Below, piece after piece: positions 44,077 through 56,111 of a stretch of DNA of 64,000 bases. The DNA is from an uncultured Bacilli bacterium (GTDB taxonomy: Bacteria; Bacillota_I; Bacilli_A; RF39; UBA660): contig CAKPCA010000002.1 in the NCBI GenBank assembly GCA_934141145.1, positions 3,701 to 67,700 of the forward strand, read 5' to 3'. The stretch's first letter is position 1. Each line of letters opens with the position of its first letter. The notes under the pieces are model-generated. The model saw only the letters and a list, made by a program, of their open reading frames with translations. It did not search any database and had not been told where the DNA came from. The position numbers and the translations under genes were made by a program.

Positions 44077-44992
44077 CTAGTTCGATTATTATTTTATCTA
44101 ATAACAATTTATTATTAACATTGTTTGTTCCTTCTAATTTTGCTTGTTCTAAGACATATATCTTATTTATTATATCATTTAATGTATTTTTTGATTTAAC
44201 TAAATCAACTATATCTGTAAAATTATACATATATTTGATTTCTTTTCCTATTTTTGAATACAATACATCCATATAAAAATATATCATTATTGAAACAAAA
44301 ATATTATATTCTTGTTGATTTTTTATAACATCCCATATATTTTTTATGTAAATAAATTCATTTATTCCCTTAGTTTCTATATTTTCTATAAAATTTACCG
44401 CAACATCTATTTTTTTGTTCATATCATCAGGATCAGAGTTATCAAAAATTAAAAGATTATAAAATAAATCATATGTGTTTTCATTTTTGTCTTTTTTTAT
44501 TCTATTAAAATTAATAACCTGACACCTAGACTTTATTGTAGGTAATACATAACTTATATTATCAGTAAGTAAAATTGCGACTATATCATCTGCAGGTTCT
44601 TCTAAAAATTTCAAAATGCTATTAGAAGATGCCGCAGTTAGTTTTTCACAGTTTTTAATAATATATACTATTTTATTACCTTCTACAGGCTTGTTTTGTA
44701 CTTCTTTTTGTAAATCTATTAATTGTTCTTTTTTTATATTATTTGAAATAGGCTCTACTATCTTTAATTCAGAATAAATATCTTCATCTATTTTTTTACA
44801 TATATTATCTTTAGTATCTAAATCTTTAGCAATTATCTCTTTACTAAAATCCTTAGCATACTTATATATATAATCTATATCATCAGAATAAAATAAATAT
44901 GCTTGTACTATTTTGTTGCTTTGTATACTCTTTTTTAAAAGAGTTGTTACTACACGTTGTTCATCCATATATTTTTCAAGCATATTTACCAC
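44057..44992 (-). CDS. holB: DNA polymerase III subunit delta'
   Basis: AAA+-like clamp-loader fold, SRC motif (KSRCQ), ~310 aa; precedes ricT as in Bacillus. Confidence 0.8.
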   Translation of the reverse strand: MVNMLEKYMDEQRVVTTLLKKSIQSNKIVQAYLFYSDDIDYIYKYAKDFSKEIIAKDLDTKDNICKKIDEDIYSELKIVEPISNNIKKEQLIDLQKEVQNKPVEGNKIVYIIKNCEKLTAASSNSILKFLEEPADDIVAILLTDNISYVLPTIKSRCQVINFNRIKKDKNENTYDLFYNLLIFDNSDPDDMNKKIDVAVNFIENIETKGINEFIYIKNIWDVIKNQQEYNIFVSIMIYFYMDVLYSKIGKEIKYMYNFTDIVDLVKSKNTLNDIINKIYVLEQAKLEGTNNVNNKLLLDKIIIELGGEKHE

Positions 44993-44999
44993 CTCTATT

Positions 45000-45191
45000 C
45001 TACCTAAAATTTAATAGATAAAATCCAACAAGACCCAAAAAGCCTGTTGTATCAAATAAACTAAGTATTAATACTGTTATTATATTAATTGGTATATTTA
45101 AATTAAAAGATTGCATTATTAAATTATAACCATATAAAAACATAATACTTATTACTACTTTTTTTAATATTTTTATTAAGAATTTAAACAT
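45000..45191 (-). CDS. BofA-like small membrane protein (sigma-K processing inhibitor family?)
   Basis: 63 aa, two TM; NIPINIITVLILSLF..TGFLGLV resembles BofA (VPINPVTSLIAGFLGIPGVL); located right after recR as bofA is in B. subtilis. Confidence 0.4.
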   Translation of the reverse strand: MFKFLIKILKKVVISIMFLYGYNLIMQSFNLNIPINIITVLILSLFDTTGFLGLVGFYLLNFR

Positions 45192-45233
45192 TACTTGTCC
45201 ACCTCATTATAAATTTATGTGGATAACTAATAT

Positions 45234-45836
45234 TTATGAAATTTTATTTCTTCCTTCCATTGCTTTTGCTATTGTTATTGGATCCATATATTCCATATCT
45301 GCTCCCATTGGTATACCAGAGGCTATCTTAGTTACAGATACATTAAGTCCTTCAAGCATTTTTAAAATATAAAGTGATGTTGTATCACCTTCTATACTTG
45401 GAGTTAGAGCAAGAATTACTTCTTTTATATTTTCATCTTTTATTCTATTTATTAATTGATTAATTTTTATATCTTCTGGATTTACTCCTTCTAGTGGAGA
45501 AATCAATCCTTCAAGTACATGATAATAACCATTAAATACACCTGCTTTTTCAAACAGTATTAAATTTTTTGTATTTTCAACAACACATAAAACATCTTTA
45601 TTTCTACTTGTATCTTGGCATATTATACATTTATCATTATCTTCAGTTAAATTATTACATACTACACATTTTTTAATATTATTTTTTACATTTTTTATTG
45701 CATCTGAAAAACTATTTAATTGCTCATCATCTATTTTTAATAATGAAAAAGATAATCTTTCTGCATTTTTTTCACCTATTCCCGGTAACAATTTAAAACA
45801 TTCTATCAATTGTTCTAATGTTTTTGGATATTTCAT
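45234..45836 (-). CDS. recR: Recombination protein RecR
   Basis: HhH (LPGIGEKNAERL), C4 zinc finger (CVVCNN...CIIC), Toprim; start at MKYPKTLEQLIE aligns with the canonical RecR N-terminus (200 aa) and abuts the ybaB stop. Confidence 0.9.
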   Translation of the reverse strand: MKYPKTLEQLIECFKLLPGIGEKNAERLSFSLLKIDDEQLNSFSDAIKNVKNNIKKCVVCNNLTEDNDKCIICQDTSRNKDVLCVVENTKNLILFEKAGVFNGYYHVLEGLISPLEGVNPEDIKINQLINRIKDENIKEVILALTPSIEGDTTSLYILKMLEGLNVSVTKIASGIPMGADMEYMDPITIAKAMEGRNKIS

Positions 45837-45837
45837 T

Positions 45838-46131
45838 TTACAATAAACCTGATAATCCTTGACCAAATTTACCTAATTTTTTCTCTAATTCTTTTGTTGC
45901 TTTTTCTATGGCCTCATTTGTAGCAAGTAATATCATATCTTCTAACATCTCTATTTCATCACTTTGTATATCTTTATTTATTTCTATTTTTGTTATTTGT
46001 TTTTTACCATTTACTTCTACTTCTACTAATGGTTGTTTAGCAGTAAATGTTTGTTTTTCTACTTCTTCTTGAGCATTTTTTATATCTCTTTGCATTTTTT
46101 GTGCTTGTTGCATTATCATATTCATATTCAT
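45838..46131 (-). CDS. ybaB: Nucleoid-associated protein YbaB/EbfC
   Basis: ~97 aa, conserved dnaX-ybaB-recR operon position; start may be internal. Confidence 0.85.
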   Translation of the reverse strand: MNMNMIMQQAQKMQRDIKNAQEEVEKQTFTAKQPLVEVEVNGKKQITKIEINKDIQSDEIEMLEDMILLATNEAIEKATKELEKKLGKFGQGLSGLL

Positions 46132-46133
46132 AA

Positions 46134-47771
46134 TTATATTTCTCCTATCTCAATTAAATCTTCAAATTCATTTTCTTCTTTTTGCTTCGATTTTGAAGAT
46201 ATTTTATTTAGAACTGCATTTTCATCTAGTTCTTCAATTTCTTCTTTATTTTTAATTTTTTCTATATATTTTACTCTTTCTTTAAGCCAATAATCATTAT
46301 TCAAAAAACAAATTTTTATCTTTTTATTTAATACTGAAGATATTGTATCTTCGATATCAAATAGATTTTCATATAATTCTTTAAGCATATTATTATTATC
46401 AGTTGTTAATACCATACCATCTGTTGAACCGGCTTTTAAATTGCAATCAGATAATATATTTATAACTTTTAAATGATCTAAATTAGTTATATCATTTTCT
46501 AAATTTTTTATTGTGTTTGAATAATTACTTAAAGACATTTTATCTGCTTTTGACAAAATATTATTTAATCTAATATTCATTAATTCACTATAAATTTCTA
46601 AATTTGTATCGTTCTCTTCTTTATTCATAGAAGTTTTATCTTTAGTAACATTAGTATTTTCTTCTATCTTTGGCTTAGATACTTCCATAGACTCTGTTTT
46701 TTTATTACGAACATTCGTTTGTTTATTTAATATATTCAATATTTTTATTATAGTTAAATCAAAGAAGATTTTTTTATCTTTTGCATTTTTCATATCTGAT
46801 ATAGCACTATTGAACATCATTATAATATCAATTATTTTATCATCAGGTAAAATCTTCATTATATCTGTTGTTTCACCTATTTGAAGTTTCAAATAAGAAT
46901 CTCTTAGATACTTAATTATATCTTCACAGATATATACAAAATTTTTACCCATACCATCAAATTTTTCTATTTCATCAAAACATTCTTTTATATTATCATT
47001 ACATATTTGTTCAAATAAATTATAAATTTCTTTATCAGACATTCTTCCACTTAATAAAACAACATCATCTTTTTTTATATCACCATTAGTATATGCATTA
47101 AGTTGATCTAAAAGTCCAATAGCATCTCTCATTCCGCCATTTGAATCTATAGCAATTAAATCAAGTGCATCATCGGTAACATTTATTTTTTCTTCTTCAC
47201 ATATATATTTTAATTTTTGAGTCATTACACTTTTAGGTATCGGTTTAAATTCAAATGACTGGCACCTTGAAATTATTGTAAGTGGTATTTTATGTGGTTC
47301 AGTTGTTGCAAGAATAAATATTACATGTTTTGGTGGTTCTTCTAATGTTTTTAATAATGCATTAAAAGCTCCTGTTGTAAGCATATGTACCTCATCAATT
47401 ATATATACTTTATATTTTGACATTGTAGGCAATAATGTTACATGATTTTTTATTTCTCTTATTTCATCTACTCCATTATTTGATGCAGCATCCATTTCAA
47501 TTACATCTATATTTTCGTTATTATTATTACTAATACATATATCACAATTCTCGCATGATATTCCATCTTTAGAATTTTCACAATTAATTGTTTTTGCAAA
47601 TATCTTTGCAATACTTGTTTTACCCGTTCCCCTTGGTCCTATAAATAAATATGCATGTGTTAATTTATTGTTTTTTATTATATTTTTTAATGTTTTTACT
47701 ATTACTTCTTGACCAGCTACATCATTAAATGTCTTTGGTCTATATTTTCTATATAATGCTTGATATAACAT
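46134..47771 (-). CDS. dnaX: DNA polymerase III subunit tau/gamma
   Basis: AAA+ Walker A GPRGTGKTS, zinc module CENSKDGISCENCDIC, SRC; 545 aa. Confidence 0.9.
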   Translation of the reverse strand: MLYQALYRKYRPKTFNDVAGQEVIVKTLKNIIKNNKLTHAYLFIGPRGTGKTSIAKIFAKTINCENSKDGISCENCDICISNNNNENIDVIEMDAASNNGVDEIREIKNHVTLLPTMSKYKVYIIDEVHMLTTGAFNALLKTLEEPPKHVIFILATTEPHKIPLTIISRCQSFEFKPIPKSVMTQKLKYICEEEKINVTDDALDLIAIDSNGGMRDAIGLLDQLNAYTNGDIKKDDVVLLSGRMSDKEIYNLFEQICNDNIKECFDEIEKFDGMGKNFVYICEDIIKYLRDSYLKLQIGETTDIMKILPDDKIIDIIMMFNSAISDMKNAKDKKIFFDLTIIKILNILNKQTNVRNKKTESMEVSKPKIEENTNVTKDKTSMNKEENDTNLEIYSELMNIRLNNILSKADKMSLSNYSNTIKNLENDITNLDHLKVINILSDCNLKAGSTDGMVLTTDNNNMLKELYENLFDIEDTISSVLNKKIKICFLNNDYWLKERVKYIEKIKNKEEIEELDENAVLNKISSKSKQKEENEFEDLIEIGEI

Positions 47772-47859
47772 ACATACCTCCTTTATAAACTTCTTTATAA
47801 GTATACCATTTTTGATTATTTTTTTAAATGTTTTTTATACTTAAATCAAATTATTTTTT

Positions 47860-47985
47860 AATGTTTCACGTGGAACATTGTTTTTGTTTTTGTACCATCT
47901 ATGAAAGTAATGTTTCACGTGGAACATTGTTTTTATTTTTTTCTATTTAATATTAAAAGTACTATGTTTCACGTGAAACATATTA
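47860..47985. repeat. Three tandem copies of an 18-bp palindrome (ATGTTTCACGTG[G/A]AACAT) in the tadA-dnaX spacer
   Basis: Cores at 47861-47878, 47910-47927 (both ATGTTTCACGTGGAACAT, each followed by TTGTTTTT[G/A]TTTTT) and 47964-47981 (perfect ATGTTTCACGTGAAACAT, overlapping the last codons and stop of tadA). Confidence 0.5.
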
Positions 47986-48394
47986 AATATTTTCTTCTTT
48001 TTTCTTTAAAAAATGTTGTTAATAAATCTGAAAAGTATTTTTTCTCTATATATTCATAGTTATTAATTGCATCTTTTTGTTCTTCATTTTGTTTAGATAA
48101 ATAGTAAACGTCGCTAATTCTACTTTTTTTAATTATTTCTTTACACATTGAACATGGTTCTAATGTTACATACATTTTGCAATCATTTAATCTCCAATTA
48201 TTTAAATTTTGCTGTGCTTCATTTATTGCAATTATTTCTGCATGATTCATAAAATTTTGAGTTTGTTCTACTTTATTATATCCTCGTCCGACTATAATGT
48301 TATTTTTTACTATTATTGCTGCAATTGGCACTTCATTTTCTTCTATAGCTTTATTAGTTAATTTTTTTAATTCATCAAATATGATATTTTCCAT
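47969..48394 (-). CDS. tadA: tRNA-specific adenosine deaminase
   Basis: CDA fold motifs HAEIIAI and PCSMC; start at MENIIFDELKK preceded by GGAGG; the track's 25-codon extension reads through the SRP RNA gene. Confidence 0.8.
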   Translation of the reverse strand: MENIIFDELKKLTNKAIEENEVPIAAIIVKNNIIVGRGYNKVEQTQNFMNHAEIIAINEAQQNLNNWRLNDCKMYVTLEPCSMCKEIIKKSRISDVYYLSKQNEEQKDAINNYEYIEKKYFSDLLTTFFKEKRRKYLICFT

Positions 48395-48405
48395 ATTTTC
48401 CTCCA

Positions 48406-48484
48406 AAAAAAAGCACACACGAAAAGGGAATGTTAAGGCTGCTATATTTCTATCCTGACCTGGTTCCAATATTTCCGTTGTGCA
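48406..48484 (-). ncRNA. ffs: Signal recognition particle RNA, short (4.5S-like) form
   Basis: Minus-strand GGAACCAGGUCAGGAUAGAAAUAUAGCAGCC matches the domain IV core ACCAGGUCAGG...GNRA...AGCAGCC; termini GCACA.../...UGUGUGC pair and are followed by U8; TTGACA-18-TATATT promoter upstream. Confidence 0.65.
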
Positions 48485-48612
48485 ATTAAAATATACATTA
48501 TATATGTTTTTTTGTCAATAAATTTATAAAAAATACGTTTTTTTATATATTTTGTTCGTGTTCTGTTCGTAAAATATTTCCCGGGAAATATTTTTAAACA
48601 AAAAAGAAACTA

Positions 48613-51069
48613 TTATTCAGTAGTTTCTTCTTCGTTTTCTGATCCTTCTAATTCTTCTTTAGTAGTAGCAATTGTTGTAACTTTTTGATTTTCTTTTAAG
48701 TTAATTAATCTAACACCTTGTGTTACCCTACTCATTTTAGATACTTGATTCATAGGTATTTTAATAATAATTCCGCTATTTGTAATAATCATTAACTCTT
48801 CATCATCATTTACGTTCTTAACAGCAGCTAAATTACCATTCTTTTCTGTAACATTTAATGCTTTAACACCTTTACTACCTCTATGAGTTAAACGATATTC
48901 TTCAATATTTGTACGTTTTCCGTAACCATTTTCTGTAATAATTAATATATCGCTTGTTGGATCAACCTTTTCAGCACTTACACAAATAGCATCTTCTGGT
49001 ATTTCAATACCTTTAACACCACTTGCAGTTCTACCCATAACTCTTATTTCATTTTCATTAAATCTAACTAATCTTCCATTTGATGAACCAATAACTATTT
49101 CATTGTTACCATCAGTTTTTGTAACAAACAATAGTTCATCATCTTCTTTTAATGTAATTGCGATTTTACCACTTTTTCTAATTGAATCAAATTCTTCAAT
49201 ATTTGTTCTCTTTACTAATCCTTTTCTAGTAACAAATGTAATATAATCACTATTATCATCTTTTGAAATACTTAATATTGAATTAATTTTTTCATCTTTT
49301 TCAATTGGTAATAAGTTAATTATTGGTAGTCCTTTTGCTTGTCTACTAAATTCTGGTATCTCGTAACCCTTTATTTTATATACTTTTCCTTTATTTGAGA
49401 AGAATAATATATAATCATGAGTCTTAACTGTTACCATCTTTTCAACGAAATCTTCTTCATTAGTAGACATACCTTTAACTCCTACACCACCTTTATTTTG
49501 TACTTTATAAGTGTCTGTAGTAAGTCTTTTTATGTAACCTTTGTTCGTTAATGTAACAATTATATCTTCTACAGGTATTAATGATTCATCTTCTATATAA
49601 TCAATAGCTGTCATATCAATACTTGTTCTTCTTTCGTCAGCATATTTATCTTTAATTTCTAATAATTCTGATTTAATTATACCGAAAATTCGTTCGTCTG
49701 ACGCTAAAATTGCTTTCAAATCTTTAATTTTTTCTAATAAATCATTTAATTCGTTCTCAATTTTATCTCTTTCTAATCCTGTTAATCTTCTTAACTTCAT
49801 TTCTAGAATTGCATCTGATTGAATTTCACTTAAACCAAATTTACTCATTAAACCAGCCTTTGCTTCTTCATCTGATTTAGAGCCTCTAATTAATTTAATT
49901 ACTTCATCAATATGATCAAGTGCAATTTTTAAACCTTCTAATATATGAACTCTTTTTTCTGCTTTATCTAAGTCAAATTTTGTTCTTCTTATAATTACTT
50001 CTTTTTGATATTCAATATATTTTGAAATAATATCTTTTAATCCTAGTGTTTTTGGAACACCTTTATCTAACATTAAGAATATTATTCCGAAATTAGTTTG
50101 AAATTGTGTATGTTTATATAAATTATTTAACACAACTTGTGCATTTGCATCTTTTTTAAGTGTAATAGTTATTTTTACACCATTTTTTAAATCTGTATGG
50201 TAATCTGCTATACCTTCTATAGTTTTATTGTGGACAAGTTCTGCAACCTTATTTTTAAGTTCCATTGTATTAACACCATAAGGAACTTCATCAATAATTA
50301 TATAATGTTTACCATTTTCTTCTTCAATTCTTGCCCTACTTCTTATAGTAATGGTTCCTCTACCTGTTTCATAAGCCTTTTTAATACCACTATTTCCTAA
50401 AATAATACCACCTGTTGGGAAATCTGGTCCTTTAATATGTTCCATTAATCCAAGAGTATCAATTTCAGGATTATCTATATAAGCAATACATCCATCAATT
50501 ACTTCACCTAAGTTATGTGGTGGAATATTTGTTGCCATACCAACAGCAATACCCATAGTACCATTTACAAGAATATTTGGAAATCTTGAAGGTAATATTT
50601 CAGGTTCTTTTTCTGTTTCATCAAAGTTTGGTATGAAATTTACTGTATCTTTATTAATATCTCTTAACAATTCTAGTGAAATTTTAGAAAGTCTTGATTC
50701 AGTATAACGCATTGCGGCTGCCCCATAACCTTCTATATTACCAAAGTTACCATGTCCATCAACAAGCATATTTCTATAACTAAAATCTTGTGCCATACGA
50801 ACCATTGCTTCATATATACTTGAATCTCCATGCGGATGATATTTACCCATAACATCACCGACAATACGTGCCGATTTTTTATGAGGTTTATCTGGTGTAT
50901 AACCTGATTCATACATTGACCATAAAATTCTTCTGTGAACTGGCTTTAAACCATCTCTAAGGTCAGGTAATGCACGGGCTACAATAACACTCATTGAATA
51001 CTCTAAGAATGATGTTTCTATTTCACTTACTATGTTATTTTCTTCTAATCTATCTCTACTATGATCCAT
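48613..51069 (-). CDS. gyrA: DNA gyrase subunit A
   Basis: 818 aa, active-site Tyr region, C-terminal beta-pinwheel repeats. Confidence 0.95.
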   Translation of the reverse strand: MDHSRDRLEENNIVSEIETSFLEYSMSVIVARALPDLRDGLKPVHRRILWSMYESGYTPDKPHKKSARIVGDVMGKYHPHGDSSIYEAMVRMAQDFSYRNMLVDGHGNFGNIEGYGAAAMRYTESRLSKISLELLRDINKDTVNFIPNFDETEKEPEILPSRFPNILVNGTMGIAVGMATNIPPHNLGEVIDGCIAYIDNPEIDTLGLMEHIKGPDFPTGGIILGNSGIKKAYETGRGTITIRSRARIEEENGKHYIIIDEVPYGVNTMELKNKVAELVHNKTIEGIADYHTDLKNGVKITITLKKDANAQVVLNNLYKHTQFQTNFGIIFLMLDKGVPKTLGLKDIISKYIEYQKEVIIRRTKFDLDKAEKRVHILEGLKIALDHIDEVIKLIRGSKSDEEAKAGLMSKFGLSEIQSDAILEMKLRRLTGLERDKIENELNDLLEKIKDLKAILASDERIFGIIKSELLEIKDKYADERRTSIDMTAIDYIEDESLIPVEDIIVTLTNKGYIKRLTTDTYKVQNKGGVGVKGMSTNEEDFVEKMVTVKTHDYILFFSNKGKVYKIKGYEIPEFSRQAKGLPIINLLPIEKDEKINSILSISKDDNSDYITFVTRKGLVKRTNIEEFDSIRKSGKIAITLKEDDELLFVTKTDGNNEIVIGSSNGRLVRFNENEIRVMGRTASGVKGIEIPEDAICVSAEKVDPTSDILIITENGYGKRTNIEEYRLTHRGSKGVKALNVTEKNGNLAAVKNVNDDEELMIITNSGIIIKIPMNQVSKMSRVTQGVRLINLKENQKVTTIATTKEELEGSENEEETTE

Positions 51070-51079
51070 GATTTACCTC

Positions 51080-54104
<3,025 letters not shown>

Positions 54105-54232
54105 TTTAAACCTATTTTTATGCTCATATTCTCACCTTTATACTAAAATAATGCTCCTATACACATACTTACATTATACCACAAAAAAGGGCATTTTTTA
54201 TACTTTTTTATAAAAATATACCCTTTTTATTA

Positions 54233-54679
54233 CTAAATACTTTTTCTTTTTCTTAAAATCGATTCTAATTTAGTTGCTCTTAAATATTGATTATCAAAAG
54301 AACCTATTGATATGTCAATTTCAACACTTTCACCATTTTCAAAATATACAATAGACTTACCATTCAAATCTTTATAATCTGTTATGTGATTAAGTGAAAA
54401 CCAAATACAATCTGATAACCTTGGCGATGTACTAGGAAAATATATCATATTTCTACTTTCTTCTATTATAATTGGAGATTTATGACTAACCCCTATTAAA
54501 CTTTTAGTACCCTCATGTCTTCCTAAATATGAGCTACCAAAATATTCACAACTTCTTTCTATTATTTTCATTGTATTCATATTTACTATAAATCTACTAT
54601 TTTTCTCTATTACTTTTGTATTAAAATCATCAATTGGTATCAAAGCTATTGTATCTTTATTGATTTCATAACAATTCAT
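54233..54679 (-). CDS. comK: ComK-family competence transcription factor homologue
   Basis: Segmental identity to B. subtilis ComK: SCEYFGSSYLGRHEGT (vs SCRFFGSSYAGRKAGT), VSHKSPIII...YFPSTSP..SDCIWFS (vs ISHKPPIMV...LFPTLSS..PQCGWIS), SFDNQYLRA (vs SFENQVYRT); RBS AGGAGG; own hairpin plus U-tract downstream. Confidence 0.7.
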   Translation of the reverse strand: MNCYEINKDTIALIPIDDFNTKVIEKNSRFIVNMNTMKIIERSCEYFGSSYLGRHEGTKSLIGVSHKSPIIIEESRNMIYFPSTSPRLSDCIWFSLNHITDYKDLNGKSIVYFENGESVEIDISIGSFDNQYLRATKLESILRKRKSI

Positions 54680-54775
54680 TTAATTTCCTCCTCTATAAAA
54701 TATTTTCTCCTTTGAAAAGAAATTTCCCTTATTTATACTCAAAAAAATTAAAAAAATTGTCATTTTATGTAAAAA

Positions 54776-54803
54776 ATGAGAAAAATATTAAATTTTTTCT
54801 CAT
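54776..54803 (-). terminator. Intrinsic terminator of dnaN
   Basis: ATGAGAAAAA-N8-TTTTTCTCAT 10-bp stem followed on the minus strand by UUUUUAC. Confidence 0.5.
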
Positions 54804-54811
54804 TTTTCATA

Positions 54812-55933
54812 CTAATATGTCTTAATTGGTAACAATAATTGTATTAAATCTTCGTCTTCATCTGTCTTTAAAATAATTGGTTTAACATCTGAATTTAATA
54901 ATATTCTTATATCTTTACTATTTATTGTTCTTAATGCTTCCATCATATATTTTGAAGAAAATGCTATTTTTATTTCATTATCATTATTCTTAGTAATTGC
55001 AAGTTTTTCCTCTACTTTACCTATTTCTGGTGTATTTGAACTTATTACAACTTCATTTCCACAAGTTTCGAATTTTATAACATTTTTCTCTTTTTCAGAA
55101 GTAAGTAATGCGGCTCTATCTATTACTTTATATAATTCATCTAAATCAGCTTTTATTTCTAATGAAAATTCTTCTGGAATAAGTCTTGATGTATCTGGGA
55201 AAGATCCATTTAATAACCTTGATTGGAATAAAATATTATCAAACTTAAATAAAATCTTATTTGAGAAAATATGAATTTCTATATTTTCATCCTCATCATT
55301 TATTATTTTAACAAGTTCACCCATATTTTTACCTGGTATAACTATATTTATAATGTTATCCACAGGATTATCAAGTCTTACTATTTTTTTAGATAATCTA
55401 TATGAATCTGTAGCAATGCATTCCATCTTATCATTTTCTATTTTAATATTAATACCTGTTAATATAGGTCTAGATTCTTGCATAGATGTTGCAAATAAAG
55501 TTTGATTAACAATATTTTTTATTACTTTTTTACTTAATATTATTGGATTAATTGAATTTTCTAAATTAATGTTAGGAAATTCATTAGGATCTATTCCATT
55601 TAAATTGAAATTAGAATTTTGAGAATTGATTAATATTTTAAGTCCATCTATTATTTCTATATTAATTAATCCTTCTGGTAATTTTCTAACTATTTCAAGT
55701 AAATATTTTCCTTGAATAACAATTGTTCCTAAACTTTCTATTTTATCTATATATTTTTTATCTATAAAACTTTCTATATCTATTTCATTATTTGTAGCAG
55801 TTAAGAATAAACCTTCATTAGTAAGATTAAATTTTATTCCTCCTAATACAGGTATAACATTTTTAGAAGATACCGCCTTTGATACATTATTTAAATTTTC
55901 TAATAATAATTCTTTTTTTATACTAAATTTCAT
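54812..55933 (-). CDS. dnaN: DNA polymerase III beta sliding clamp
   Basis: 373 aa, three-domain clamp, dnaA-dnaN order. Confidence 0.9.
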   Translation of the reverse strand: MKFSIKKELLLENLNNVSKAVSSKNVIPVLGGIKFNLTNEGLFLTATNNEIDIESFIDKKYIDKIESLGTIVIQGKYLLEIVRKLPEGLINIEIIDGLKILINSQNSNFNLNGIDPNEFPNINLENSINPIILSKKVIKNIVNQTLFATSMQESRPILTGINIKIENDKMECIATDSYRLSKKIVRLDNPVDNIINIVIPGKNMGELVKIINDEDENIEIHIFSNKILFKFDNILFQSRLLNGSFPDTSRLIPEEFSLEIKADLDELYKVIDRAALLTSEKEKNVIKFETCGNEVVISSNTPEIGKVEEKLAITKNNDNEIKIAFSSKYMMEALRTINSKDIRILLNSDVKPIILKTDEDEDLIQLLLPIKTY

Positions 55934-56111
55934 AAAAACCCTCCTAGCCTCAAAATCATTATATCATATTATTATTTAAATTTATGTTATTTTTATTATT
56001 ACTGTTGAAAATGTGCATAACTTTGTTTTTCTTTGTAATTTAAAGGATTTTTTTATTTTTTCCTGTGCAATACTTTTTAATAACAAAGTTTATAACTTTT
56101 ATTTATCCACA
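55934..56111. other. oriC downstream module (dnaA-dnaN spacer): DnaA boxes plus AT-rich unwinding region
   Basis: Perfect TTATCCACA at 56103-56111, TGTGCATAA at 56012-56020 (1 mismatch, inverted), and long A/T tracts. Confidence 0.55.

Noticed and set aside
37595-44080. Plus-strand ORFs within spoVT, mfd, pth, rsmI, yabB and ricT (37595-37801, 38041-38250, 39477-39740, 40701-41030, 41208-41426, 41607-41879, 42823-43050, 43850-44080)
   Set aside because: Antisense to conserved CDSs; Leu/Phe/Ile-rich translations from A/T-rich antisense frames.
46033-46293. 86-aa plus-strand ORF spanning the ybaB/dnaX junction
   Set aside because: Antisense; the Ser/Phe-rich translation is a mirror of Glu/Lys-rich codons.
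47860-47985. Interpreting the palindromes as CcpA cre, Rex, LexA/Cheo, CIRCE, NrdR or DnaA boxes
   Set aside because: Compared by eye with each consensus; none fits better than about 60%; left as an unassigned repeat/operator.
47969-48469. Track's 166-aa version of tadA (MEPGQDRNIAALTFPFRV...)
   Set aside because: The first 25 codons are a fortuitous frame through the SRP RNA gene; the true start is MENIIF at 48394 with GGAGG.
54680-54811. ComK-box (A4-N5-T4 pairs) autoregulatory site upstream of the comK homologue
   Set aside because: The spacer is full of A and T runs but the spacing I can read (A4-N6-T4) does not match the K-box rule convincingly.
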